Positions 52,488 to 62,377 of a DNA stretch of 64,000 bases are shown here, piece by piece (the first letter of the stretch is position 1; the number at the start of each line of letters is the position of its first letter). The notes beneath the pieces were generated by a model. It was not told the DNA's origin, ran no database searches, and saw nothing but the letters and a program-made list of their open reading frames with translations. The position numbers and the translations under genes are program-made. This DNA is from Gammaproteobacteria bacterium (GTDB lineage: Bacteria; Pseudomonadota; Gammaproteobacteria; Eutrophobiales; Eutrophobiaceae). Location of the stretch: the NCBI GenBank assembly GCA_965238225.1, contig OZ250183.1, forward strand, positions 224,001-288,000, in the 5' to 3' direction.

Positions 52488-53984
52488 TCAAGCAAGCCGT
52501 TTTCTTTCATTAGAAGGCGGAATTGCCATAACCTCTCTATATTTTGCTACCGTCCTGCGGGCAACATTTACTCCACGTTCCGACAATAATGCTGAAATTT
52601 TACTGTCACTTAAAGGTTTTTTTTGTGTTTCAGCAGCAATTAATTTTTTAATGAGTGCCCGGATCGCTATTGATGATGCCTCTCCACCACTATTTGTGCT
52701 CAAGTGACTTGAAAAAAAATATTTTAGTTCAAATATACCGCGAGGCGTATGTATATATTTATGTGTTGTCGCTCGCGAGATAGTAGACTCATGCATGTCT
52801 AGTGCATGAGCAATATTATGTAAAATCATTGGCTCCATAGCTTCCTCTCCATATTCAAGAAAGGCACGTTGCCGTTCGACGATACATGTTGCGACACGTA
52901 ACAAAGTTTCACCCCTGCTTTGCAAACTTTTGATAAACCACTTAGCTTCTTGTAAGTGAGATTTCAGGGAAGTATTATCTTTGCTCGTATCTGCTCTGCG
53001 TATCATGCTGGCATAGCTATTATTGACTCTTAAATGTGGCATTAATTCTGAGTTAAGCTCGACTCTCCAGCGTCCTTTGATTTTTCTGACATAAACATCT
53101 GGGACAATATATTCTGTGTATACCTTATGTATTTGCCCGCCTGGGCGCGGATGCATTGATTGGATTAAAGCAATTACATCCTGTAGTTTTTCCTGATCTA
53201 GCTTGAGCTGCCTCATCAATTGATTAAAGTCTCTGTTGGCAAGTAAATTAAGATTTTTTGAAACAAGATCAATGGCTGGTATCAGCATTGTGGTGTCTTT
53301 GTCACATTGGCGCAGTTGTAGCAATAGGCACTCCTTGAGATCTCTGGCAGCAATACCAGTGGGCTCCATTCTTTGAATCATATGCAATACAGCCTCTATT
53401 TCATCCAGTTCAATCTCTGATTCTTCGTTTGCTGTATTTTCGCCATCGCTTTCTTTATTTAACAAGCAATGAATCTCGGTGAGATCAGAATTTAAATAAC
53501 CATCATCATCCAACGCGTCGATTATGGTGGTGGCTATGGCTCGGTCAATGTCGCTTATGGGGGTAAGATTTAATTGCCAAAGTAAGTGTTCTCCCAAAGT
53601 TTCTTTATGGCTATTTTGGCTTTCAAGATCGGCAGATTCAGTATTTTCGTAAATTTGGGAGGTGCTCACCCTGTTTTCATATAGACCACTTTCATAGGTA
53701 TCTTCCCAGACACTATCAACAGCCAGTTCATCTGGAATATCTTCCGGTTCTTTTGCAGCGCTTATTTCCTGAGTTGCATCAAGATTATTTTCTTCTAGTT
53801 TTTCTATACCATCATTTTCCATGGAAGTTTCTTCTATTATTTCCAGCATCATGTTGGATTCCAAGGCTTCTTGTATCTCAACTTGCAATTCCATGTTTGA
53901 AAGTTGCAACAAGCGAATTGCCTGCTGCATCTGTGGTGTCATGGAAAGGTTCTGGCTTAATTTTGACTGAATAGAGATTTTCAT
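52488..53984 (-). CDS. rpoN: RNA polymerase sigma-54 factor
   Basis: [22 protein letters not shown], RpoN box [10 protein letters not shown]. Confidence 0.98.
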   Translation of the reverse strand: MKISIQSKLSQNLSMTPQMQQAIRLLQLSNMELQVEIQEALESNMMLEIIEETSMENDGIEKLEENNLDATQEISAAKEPEDIPDELAVDSVWEDTYESGLYENRVSTSQIYENTESADLESQNSHKETLGEHLLWQLNLTPISDIDRAIATTIIDALDDDGYLNSDLTEIHCLLNKESDGENTANEESEIELDEIEAVLHMIQRMEPTGIAARDLKECLLLQLRQCDKDTTMLIPAIDLVSKNLNLLANRDFNQLMRQLKLDQEKLQDVIALIQSMHPRPGGQIHKVYTEYIVPDVYVRKIKGRWRVELNSELMPHLRVNNSYASMIRRADTSKDNTSLKSHLQEAKWFIKSLQSRGETLLRVATCIVERQRAFLEYGEEAMEPMILHNIAHALDMHESTISRATTHKYIHTPRGIFELKYFFSSHLSTNSGGEASSIAIRALIKKLIAAETQKKPLSDSKISALLSERGVNVARRTVAKYREVMAIPPSNERKRLA

Positions 53985-54085
53985 CGTCTAAGTTTAACCT
54001 AAAAAATTCTTTGTAGTAAAACCTGAACAAATATTGCCCATATAAAAAATGATGAAAGTTTATGTCAGAGAGAAAGCCTAGAGCG

Positions 54086-54811
54086 CTACAAACTAAAATT
54101 ATCCCCTAGATATATATCTTTGACTTGCTTGTTTTCAAGTATTTGATCAGGGACTCCTTTAGCAATGATATGCCCATCATTGATGATATAAACACGATCA
54201 CAATTGGTTAAAGTTTCGCGGACATTATGATCGGTGATAAGGATACCGATATTGTGCTTGCTAAGGTAGCGGGTAATTTTTTGAATATCATTTATGGAGA
54301 TAGGATCGATTCCGGCAAAGGGTTCATCAAGTAAAAGAAAGCGCGGCTCCGTCGTCAATGATCGGGCGATTTCTACACGTCTACACTCGCCTCCAGACAG
54401 GCTTGTACCAAGATTATTGCGCAGATGGGTAATATGAAATTCTCGTAATAGATTTTCAAGTCGTTGTTTCGCTTTATTCTCGTTTAGGTTTGGTCGGGTT
54501 TGTAGAATAGCCATGATATTTTCTTCAACAGTAAGTTTGCGGAAAATGGAGGTTTCCTGCGGCAGATAACCAAGACCCAGATGTGATCGTTCATCCATAG
54601 ACAAGTCATTTATTTCATGTCTATCGATTTGGATAGTGCCATCGTCAGATTGCATAAGACCAATAATCATATGAAAGCTGGTAGTTTTACCTGAACCATT
54701 TGGTCCTAGAAGCCCGACAATTTCACCGCTATGAACAGTCAAGCTTACGTCTTTAACAACCTGTCTGGAGCGATATGATTTACTTAGATGCTTAATCGAC
54801 AGAACACTCAT
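54086..54811 (-). CDS. lptB: LPS export ABC ATPase LptB
   Basis: GPNGSGKTT, YLPQE.SIFR, LDEPFAGIDP, TDHNVRE. Confidence 0.97.
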   Translation of the reverse strand: MSVLSIKHLSKSYRSRQVVKDVSLTVHSGEIVGLLGPNGSGKTTSFHMIIGLMQSDDGTIQIDRHEINDLSMDERSHLGLGYLPQETSIFRKLTVEENIMAILQTRPNLNENKAKQRLENLLREFHITHLRNNLGTSLSGGECRRVEIARSLTTEPRFLLLDEPFAGIDPISINDIQKITRYLSKHNIGILITDHNVRETLTNCDRVYIINDGHIIAKGVPDQILENKQVKDIYLGDNFSL

Positions 54812-55383
54812 AAATTATTATTAGGTTTGAGGATAACTTTTACGCGCCTGTCACTTGAATCATCTTGCTGTTTGGCATTGCCTTTGGCCTTTATTTTTTT
54901 GCGCTGTGTATCATATTCAATTCTGCTACCGCTGAAGCTCAGACCTTCCTGTTTGAAAGAGGCTTTGTCGATTAGAATCACCAAGTTTTTTAGCTTATGG
55001 TATTCTATTCTCAGTGCTTCTGCTTCATCGTAAACCTTGCGTTCGTCTGGAAGTTGTCTATATCGTGCTGGCGTGCCTTGCATAATCAAGGTATACGGAT
55101 CATCATCCTTAAAATAAATAGTCATGATATCGCCTGTTATACGAATACTGCCTTGGACTAATACGACATTGCCACGATAGACGGTCACGCCTTTTCTCTT
55201 GTCAAGATTCGCGCCATCTGCTGTTATTTCTATCAGTTCGTTTTTATCTGTTGATAAGGCCCATGTGCTTGGGCAAAACAACAAGCCTGCACATAGAAAT
55301 ATCATGCTGTGCAACATGATGGGTTGTCCTAATTTTAACCCCCCAAGATTAAATTTTTCAGGGTAGAATTTTTGTATGTACAT
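54808..55383 (-). CDS. lptA: LPS transport periplasmic protein LptA
   Basis: ALSTD, IEITAD, GNVVLVQG, RVKVIL.P; synteny. Start may be further downstream. Confidence 0.92.
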   Translation of the reverse strand: MYIQKFYPEKFNLGGLKLGQPIMLHSMIFLCAGLLFCPSTWALSTDKNELIEITADGANLDKRKGVTVYRGNVVLVQGSIRITGDIMTIYFKDDDPYTLIMQGTPARYRQLPDERKVYDEAEALRIEYHKLKNLVILIDKASFKQEGLSFSGSRIEYDTQRKKIKAKGNAKQQDDSSDRRVKVILKPNNNL

Positions 55384-55918
55384 TAGTCAACAGCTCTATT
55401 CTGTTTTCACCCAGATAAGCATTCATGCCAGTTGATTTTATTATCGTTTTTTTTCCTAAGATGGTCGTTGCTTTATCCGTTTCTATATATTCTTGATCCA
55501 CAAGCACGCGAACATCACTGGTAATAATTCTTAGCTTTCTGGCACCTTCAGCGTCTAACTGTGTTAATGTTGTCTCTCCAATCAGCAGGATAGCTTCATT
55601 ATCTTTGGTAACCCAGCCTTTATCTGCAGTAATTGTTATTGGCGGTTTCTCTGGTTGAAACATTTCTATCTTTGGCTTTATAAGTTCCGTCGTATCGTCA
55701 TCTGGATAATGTGCCATATAATCTGCAAAAAGTTTATTTTTTGGAGAGCCATCCTGATTCATAGTGATTGTTGTTAGATCATGCATGTAGTTATCAGGAT
55801 TCTGCCGTGATACAGATATTTCAGTAGATTCAGGTTTAGACCAGAAGCCGAGCATCCAGATGCTGCTGATGGAAAGCAAACCCAGCACGACGACTATTTT
55901 CCAGAGCAAAGATGTCAT
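55358..55918 (-). CDS. lptC: LPS export protein LptC
   Basis: N-terminal TM, PDNYM, HYPDDD, ETDK; between kdsC and lptA. Confidence 0.9.
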   Translation of the reverse strand: MTSLLWKIVVVLGLLSISSIWMLGFWSKPESTEISVSRQNPDNYMHDLTTITMNQDGSPKNKLFADYMAHYPDDDTTELIKPKIEMFQPEKPPITITADKGWVTKDNEAILLIGETTLTQLDAEGARKLRIITSDVRVLVDQEYIETDKATTILGKKTIIKSTGMNAYLGENRIELLTNVHTKILP

Positions 55919-55957
55919 AGCCTGAATAAGGATGGTGAGGCAAGGATGCCAAGATCT

Positions 55958-56500
55958 TTAGTCATCAAGGAAATGCTGAATTTGTGAATCAAGTATTCCT
56001 TTTGAATGCATAATTAATTCGCAAACTTCTCTGACCGCGCCATGACCACCCCTTTCTTTGGTAACCCAATGCGCATGTTCAATAAGCAGAGGATGTGCGT
56101 TAGCAACTGCTATAGCGAGCCCAACACGACGCATGGCAGGTAAATCAATAAAATCATCACCCACATAGGCCGCTTTTTTTGCATCTATATTTAATTTATC
56201 AAGCAGCTTGTAAAGTGCTTTGCCTTTGTCATGTTCACCCTGATAGACAGATTCAATACCAAGCTCGGCCATGCGTTCAGAGACAATATTTGATGAGCGC
56301 CCTGAGATAACAGCGATATGGCAGCCTGAGTCACGCAACATGACAAGACCCAGCCCATCACGGGCGTTAAAGATTTTATGTTCGTTGCCACTTTCTCCCA
56401 GTATCAAGCTGCCGTCAGTCAGCACACCATCTACATCGCAGATAGCTAATTCTATTTGTTCGGCTCTTTCTAGAATATCTTTATCAATTGTTTCAAACAT
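55958..56500 (-). CDS. kdsC: KDO 8-phosphate phosphatase
   Basis: DVDGVLTDG, YVGDD..DLP, GGHGAVRE. Confidence 0.97.
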   Translation of the reverse strand: MFETIDKDILERAEQIELAICDVDGVLTDGSLILGESGNEHKIFNARDGLGLVMLRDSGCHIAVISGRSSNIVSERMAELGIESVYQGEHDKGKALYKLLDKLNIDAKKAAYVGDDFIDLPAMRRVGLAIAVANAHPLLIEHAHWVTKERGGHGAVREVCELIMHSKGILDSQIQHFLDD

Positions 56501-56502
56501 AT

Positions 56503-57495
56503 TTAAACGACTTTCGCTCTCAAAAGGTCATGCATGTTTATAAGTCCTATTAATTTGTTTTTTTCATCGGTGACAGGCAGAGCGTTGATGCGGGCATCGT
56601 CCATGATAGCCAGTGCAGTTGCCGCCAGACAATTTTTCTTGATAGTTTTGCAATCTCGTGTCATTACCTCACCAATGATTGCTTTATGGACATCAATGCC
56701 GGTATCAAACGCACGCCTGAGATCTCCGTCAGTAAAGATACCGAGCACGGAGTTTTTCTCATCAACAATGGCAGTTGAGCCAAGACCCGCCTGCGTCATA
56801 ATAAGCAAGGTCTCGCTAAGTAAGGCCGTCTCTGAAACCGCAGGCAACTCTTTGTCGGTATGCATGATGTCGCCCACATGCAATAATAATCGCCGACCCA
56901 ATGTGCCTCCAGGGTGCGCAATGGCGAAATCTTCCGCACCAAATCCGCGCGCCTCAAGCAGGGCAATCGCTAAGGCATCGCCCATGGCAAGCGCTGCTGT
57001 GGTACTGGCGGTTGGTGTCAAGCCAAGCGGGCAAGCTTCTTTTTTTACACTGACATCGATATTAATAGAGGCTTCTTTTGCCAAAGAAGAATCTTTATTT
57101 CCTGTCATTGAAATCAACGGTATGCCAAGGCGTTTAATGACAGGTAATAAAGTTATTATTTCTTCAGTTTCGCCAGAATTAGACAGCGCTATCACAACAT
57201 CATCGCTCTTTATCATGCCTAGATCACCATGATTCGCTTCGCTTGGATGGATAAAAAATGCAGGGGTTCCAGTGCTTGCTAGGGTAGCTGCTATTTTATT
57301 CCCGATATGTCCGGATTTGCCCATGCCGAGCACCACCACTTTGCCCTTGCAGTCGAGGACATAAATACAGGCTTGAACAAAATTTTTATTGATGCGCTGA
57401 TTGAGTTGTTCCAGTGCTTCGGTCTCGGTGACGATCACTGCACGCCCAAGCGCAAGCAGTTTTTCATGTTCTTGGTTTGTGTGTGCTTTGTTCAT
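56503..57495 (-). CDS. kdsD: Arabinose 5-phosphate isomerase (KpsF/GutQ)
   Basis: GMGKSGHI, SNSGET, HPGG.LG, CBS pair. Confidence 0.97.
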   Translation of the reverse strand: MNKAHTNQEHEKLLALGRAVIVTETEALEQLNQRINKNFVQACIYVLDCKGKVVVLGMGKSGHIGNKIAATLASTGTPAFFIHPSEANHGDLGMIKSDDVVIALSNSGETEEIITLLPVIKRLGIPLISMTGNKDSSLAKEASINIDVSVKKEACPLGLTPTASTTAALAMGDALAIALLEARGFGAEDFAIAHPGGTLGRRLLLHVGDIMHTDKELPAVSETALLSETLLIMTQAGLGSTAIVDEKNSVLGIFTDGDLRRAFDTGIDVHKAIIGEVMTRDCKTIKKNCLAATALAIMDDARINALPVTDEKNKLIGLINMHDLLRAKVV

Positions 57496-57504
57496 GATTT
57501 TATT

Positions 57505-58473
57505 TTAACCGCTAAACAGCAAATATTGGTAAATGATAAAGCCAAAAAATAATACGCTGCCTTCTTTGCGATCAAACCTTCCTGAGCCATGAATAAAAAC
57601 CATCCAGCCCATGAGCAAGCTTAAGCCAATCATGACGGGAAAATCTCGCATGAGTATCAGTTGTTCAAAATCCGTGGCGTGGATCATGCCGGGGATGCCA
57701 ATAACCGCAAGCATATTAAACATATTTGAGCCAATCACATTGCCTATAGCGATGTCAGCCTCATTTTTTTTAACTGCGGTAATGGATGTCGCCAACTCAG
57801 GCAAGCTGGTACCAACCGCAATAATTGTGAGACCAATGAGTAAATCACTTAGACCAAAATGTTTAGCAACGGTCACAGCGCACTCTACTAGTAAATTTGC
57901 ACCACCTAACAACAGACTCAAACCTAGTAAAAACAAGAAAATGGGTTTACCGATATTTGATTTTTTTTGCAATTTTTCTGGCAGATCATCTGCAAACTGC
58001 TTTAACAGGGAGTCTGTCGCGCCAGATTTTTTCGAAATGACTATTAAAAGGAGCATTATAACAACGAGCCCAGCTAAAAGGAATGTGGCATCAAGATAAC
58101 TGAGTTTTTGATCCCACATCAAAGCAAATGCCAATAGAATGGCGAAAAACATAATAAAGAATTCACGTTTCAGCGTTTGTGAGCTGATGGTGACTGGCAT
58201 GAGCATAACGGTAAAACCCAGTACTAAGCCAATATTGGCAATATTTGAGCCAATGGCATTACCGATTGCTATCTCGGTTTTGCCTCCCAGCGCAGCCATC
58301 ACCCCGACAAAAATCTCAGGCGCTGAAGTGCCTATGCCGACGATGGTAAGCCCAATCAATAAGGGTGACATGCCCAGTAAGCGGGCAATAGTAGATGCGC
58401 CTTCAATGAAGCGGCCTGCGCCATACACAAGTAGCGTCAAGCCTGCCAATATTCCTAAATAATCTAGTATCAT
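57505..58473 (-). CDS. Calcium/sodium antiporter (YrbG-like)
   Basis: Duplicated GTSAPE / GTSLPE and GN..GSN motifs. Confidence 0.95.
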   Translation of the reverse strand: MILDYLGILAGLTLLVYGAGRFIEGASTIARLLGMSPLLIGLTIVGIGTSAPEIFVGVMAALGGKTEIAIGNAIGSNIANIGLVLGFTVMLMPVTISSQTLKREFFIMFFAILLAFALMWDQKLSYLDATFLLAGLVVIMLLLIVISKKSGATDSLLKQFADDLPEKLQKKSNIGKPIFLFLLGLSLLLGGANLLVECAVTVAKHFGLSDLLIGLTIIAVGTSLPELATSITAVKKNEADIAIGNVIGSNMFNMLAVIGIPGMIHATDFEQLILMRDFPVMIGLSLLMGWMVFIHGSGRFDRKEGSVLFFGFIIYQYLLFSG

Positions 58474-58587
58474 CTGTTAAAAATAGTGTTCATTAATTTG
58501 ATTCTATTCTTGGTTTCATTCTGATTTCGGGGGATGATGCCAGAAATAGGCAAGAACTTCGATAAACAGCCATTGTATTTTCATTTC

Positions 58588-59595
58588 ATGACGACACGTT
58601 TACAACAGCTTAATCATTGGTTAAATGAAACCATAAGTACGAAGGATTATCATCTAGAGCCTGCCTCTACTGACGCAAGTTTTCGGCGTTATTTCAGGTT
58701 GAAACATGCTAATGGGACGTTCATCGTCATGGATGCTCCGCCAGAGCAAGAAGACTGCATGTCATTTATTGATGTAGCGCAGCGCCTGCTTGCCGTTGGT
58801 ATTAATGTGCCCAAGATAATAGACAAGGATTTACAGCAGGGATTCTTGTTATTAAGTGACTTGGGAGATAAACAATATTTTGATGTGCTCACAGAAGATA
58901 ATGTTGATGACTTATACCGAGATGCCATTGTTGTACTTTTTAAAATCCAGCAGCAGGCAGACTCAAAGGGCTTGCCCTTTTATAATGAAGATTTGCTTTT
59001 ACAAGAAATGGGGTTGTTTAGGCATTATTTGTTGCAAGAACATATTGGATTGGATTTAACAACAAAGACACAGGCAATGCTTGATAAGGTTTTTGGGCTG
59101 TTGGCAAAAGAAGCGCTTTCTCAACCCAAGGTCTTTGTGCATCGGGACTACCACTCACGTAATTTGATTATTAATAGTGCAGCTTGCAAGCGACTTGGTA
59201 TCTTGGATTTTCAGGATGCCGTTATAGGCCCCTTTACCTATGATCTGGTGTCATTATTAAAGGATTGTTATATAAAATGGCCACGACAAAAAATTCAAAA
59301 CTGGGCAAATGCTTATTTCAAAAAGTTTGCAGATGATTATGCAGATATTGACTCAACAAGGTTTATGCGTTGGTTTGAACTCATGGGTGTGCAGCGACAC
59401 CTTAAGGCCAGCGGTATTTTTGCCCGCCTTTGTCATCGTGATGGCAAAAAAAACTATTTAGCAGATATCCCCAGAACGCTTTCTTATATAGTCGAGCTTG
59501 AAGATGAGTACCCACAATTACAAGATCTTATCGCATTGATTGAAAGTGAGGTAATGACCTCAATTACAGAGGCAAACAAATCATGCATGCTATGA
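58588..59595 (+). CDS. amgK: Anomeric MurNAc/GlcNAc kinase (APH-fold)
   Basis: DASFRRYFR, MDAPP, HRDYHSRNL, DFQDA, QRHLK; coupled to murU. ATG 58588 preferred. Confidence 0.9.
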   Translation: MTTRLQQLNHWLNETISTKDYHLEPASTDASFRRYFRLKHANGTFIVMDAPPEQEDCMSFIDVAQRLLAVGINVPKIIDKDLQQGFLLLSDLGDKQYFDVLTEDNVDDLYRDAIVVLFKIQQQADSKGLPFYNEDLLLQEMGLFRHYLLQEHIGLDLTTKTQAMLDKVFGLLAKEALSQPKVFVHRDYHSRNLIINSAACKRLGILDFQDAVIGPFTYDLVSLLKDCYIKWPRQKIQNWANAYFKKFADDYADIDSTRFMRWFELMGVQRHLKASGIFARLCHRDGKKNYLADIPRTLSYIVELEDEYPQLQDLIALIESEVMTSITEANKSCML

Positions 59596-60269
59596 TCCTT
59601 TCTGCTGGTCACGGAAAACGTATGCAACCACTTACTGACAAAACTCCTAAACCTATGTTAGAAGTAAATGGCAAGCCCTTAATCCAATATCATGTCGAAA
59701 ATCTTGTAGCTGCAGGCATCGTTGATATTGTGATTAACCATGCGCGTTTTGGCGAACAAATAGAGGCTTATTTAGGCAATGGAAAACATCTAGGCGCAGA
59801 CATTGTCTATTCAGTAGAAGGAGAAGAGCCACTGGAAATAGCAGGGGGTATTATTAAGGCATTGCCGCTTTTGGGAAACCAACCTTTTATTACGGTAAAC
59901 GCGGATATTTGGACTGATTTTCCTTTTCAGTATCTCCTGAATATGCGCGACGATAAGCTAGATTATCAATCAAAGCATAGCGCACACCTCATTTTGGTGG
60001 ATAACCCCGAACATAATTTAAAAGGAGATTTCTATTTAGATGACAAAAACGTACTTAACGAAGGCGAGCCTATGCTGACATTTAGCGGCATCAGTGTTTT
60101 TATACCAGAGTTTTTTCGAGATTGTCTTTCAGGTGGTGTACTACTTATACCCCTACTTCGCCTAGCGGTATTAAAAGGGCTGGTGACGGGCAGCCATTAC
60201 CAAGGTTTTTGGCAGGATATAGGCACACCAGAACGTCTGTTTGCCATACGTACGCAGCTAAAAGCTTAA
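59583..60269 (+). CDS. murU: MurNAc-1-phosphate uridylyltransferase
   Basis: AMILSAGHGKRMQPLT..PKP, VDNPEHN.KGDF, DIGTPERL. Confidence 0.92.
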   Translation: MHAMILSAGHGKRMQPLTDKTPKPMLEVNGKPLIQYHVENLVAAGIVDIVINHARFGEQIEAYLGNGKHLGADIVYSVEGEEPLEIAGGIIKALPLLGNQPFITVNADIWTDFPFQYLLNMRDDKLDYQSKHSAHLILVDNPEHNLKGDFYLDDKNVLNEGEPMLTFSGISVFIPEFFRDCLSGGVLLIPLLRLAVLKGLVTGSHYQGFWQDIGTPERLFAIRTQLKA

Positions 60270-60421
60270 ATTTAAGTGAATATTCATTAGTAAAGCAAAA
60301 AAGATTGTAAAAGAAGACCAAACTACTTTTTTTGAGAAAGTTTGCTTATTTCCTCAGTGTGTTATCATACATAAACAGTATAATAAACAATATCATGCAT
60401 ATATAATAGAAAGGTATTTCT

Positions 60422-62170
60422 ATGCCTGAAAGATGGTTTTGTCAAAAAATAGTAACGAGCATACTATTTTTAACTATCACTTTTGGTAGTGACGCAGGTA
60501 CCTTGAGCCCACAAGAATCAATCATTATCGAACGCAATCAAGATCGCATTTTACAACAACATGAACAGCAGCAAAAAGCGATAGAGCAACAACAAAAACA
60601 ACAACAAAAACCAAGTGGCCTTGCTATAGATAGACCTGAATTACCCCAAAGCACCAGTACCCCTGATGATACTTGTTTTGATATAAGCACCGTAGACTTT
60701 GATGGTGACACTAAATTATCTTCTGCAAATCTTGACAGCCTTCGAAAGCCTTATCTGGATCAATGCCTAACACTCGATGACATTGATAATCTGATTCGTG
60801 ATGTTACTAACTTATATATCGACAAAGGGTATGTTACTACTCGTGCATACTTACCAGAACAAGATATTCAGGATGGAAGTTTGTTGATTAACCTTGTTGA
60901 AGGAACGATAGAAAGCGTTATTCTTCAGGAAGGCACTTATGCTGAGAAGAAAGCACTACAAACAGTTTTCCCGGAACTTGAAGGCAAGATACTCAATATC
61001 AGGGATTTAGAACAGGGATTAGATCAAATGAATCGTCTTCCCTCAAATAATGTAACTCTGGAATTATTACCGGGCAAAGAAGTCGGGACGACATCAGTTC
61101 AGATTAAAAATAAAAATCAAAAATCATTTCGTTTATATGTGGGCATGGATAACTCTGGCTCCCGTTCTACGGGAACAGCTCAACGAAAATTTCGCCTTGG
61201 CAAAGACAATCTGTTTAAAGTGAATGATTCATGGTTATTCAGTATCTCAAATGATAATCTGGATTCAGATATAGCTAAAAGCCGTAATATCGCCGTATCT
61301 TTTTCAGTCCCCTATGGGTATTGGACACTCTCAGCTGCAAGCAATTATTTTGAATACACAAGCTCTGTTGCATCCACGAACACAACTTTCAGCACTTCAG
61401 GGAATAGCTTTGTGAATTCAATAAGCATTAATCGCATTGTACACCGCAACCAACGCAGCAAAACCAGTTTTGATATTGGTGTTACCTCGAGGAAGAATTT
61501 GAATTTTATCCAAGGCAACCGTATCGACGTAGGCTCCAGAAAATTAAGCATTGGCAAACTGGGATTAAATCATAGTCACCAATTATTAGGCGGATTGCTT
61601 ACTCTTAATTTTGTCTATGAACGTGGATTGCGAATCCTTGGTGCATTGGAAGATGTGCCCGCACTCGCCTATGGCGAATCATCTGCGCAGTTTGAAAAAT
61701 ATACAAACTATCTAAGTTATAACCGCCCAATCATCATCAAAAATAAAACAAGGGCTTTGTACAGTGTAATGTTTTCAGGCCAACATAGTGATGATGATCT
61801 TTTTAGTTCTGAACAAATCAGCGTTGGTGGGCAACGCTCTGTGCGTGGCTTTAAAGAAGAAATATTATCAGGAGATACAGGTGGATATATACGCAATCAG
61901 CTTGATATTTATTTACCGCAGGTAAAGACGAGCTACCTACAGCATCTCTTCAGTAATACGAACCTGTATGTTGCTTATGATATAGGCACAATAAAAAAAG
62001 ATGCTGCTGATGTTCGCGAGCGAGGTAGTGTCAGTGGTTGGGGCATCGGTTTGCGTAAATCAAGCGGGGCTTTAACTTGGGAATTAACCTACGCGCAAGC
62101 CCTATCTTCGCCTAGTTTTATTAACACACGATCTTATGAAAGCTTTGTCAATGTGGGTTTAAATTATTAA
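60422..62170 (+). CDS. Two-partner secretion transporter TpsB (ShlB/FhaC/CdiB family)
   Basis: Signal peptide, POTRA (Y..KGYVTTR, LNIRDLEQGLDQMNR), SVRGF loop, C-terminal aromatic residue. Confidence 0.95.
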   Translation: MPERWFCQKIVTSILFLTITFGSDAGTLSPQESIIIERNQDRILQQHEQQQKAIEQQQKQQQKPSGLAIDRPELPQSTSTPDDTCFDISTVDFDGDTKLSSANLDSLRKPYLDQCLTLDDIDNLIRDVTNLYIDKGYVTTRAYLPEQDIQDGSLLINLVEGTIESVILQEGTYAEKKALQTVFPELEGKILNIRDLEQGLDQMNRLPSNNVTLELLPGKEVGTTSVQIKNKNQKSFRLYVGMDNSGSRSTGTAQRKFRLGKDNLFKVNDSWLFSISNDNLDSDIAKSRNIAVSFSVPYGYWTLSAASNYFEYTSSVASTNTTFSTSGNSFVNSISINRIVHRNQRSKTSFDIGVTSRKNLNFIQGNRIDVGSRKLSIGKLGLNHSHQLLGGLLTLNFVYERGLRILGALEDVPALAYGESSAQFEKYTNYLSYNRPIIIKNKTRALYSVMFSGQHSDDDLFSSEQISVGGQRSVRGFKEEILSGDTGGYIRNQLDIYLPQVKTSYLQHLFSNTNLYVAYDIGTIKKDAADVRERGSVSGWGIGLRKSSGALTWELTYAQALSSPSFINTRSYESFVNVGLNY

Positions 62171-62377
62171 AGCCTGATTGCCTGTTAAGCTTAAGAATTG
62201 CCACCAAGTCATATCATAAATACATAATATAAGTATCTGTTTTTAATATATATTCCTTTCATGGTTGAACCTTTTCTGATCGGGTAAGTCCTAATGATGT
62301 AACAAGCCCTAATGCCTCAATATTAGGACAATAATTAAAAAATAACTAACAAAATATAGTTAGGGGAGGCAGAGGTT

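Noticed and set aside
53985-54085. Degenerate sigma54 autoregulatory site before rpoN
   Set aside because: No GG-N10-GC with correct spacing was found.
60551-60611. CAA-rich Gln tract in tpsB as a phase-variable repeat
   Set aside because: Imperfect and in-frame; Q-rich N-terminal helices are ordinary in TpsB proteins.
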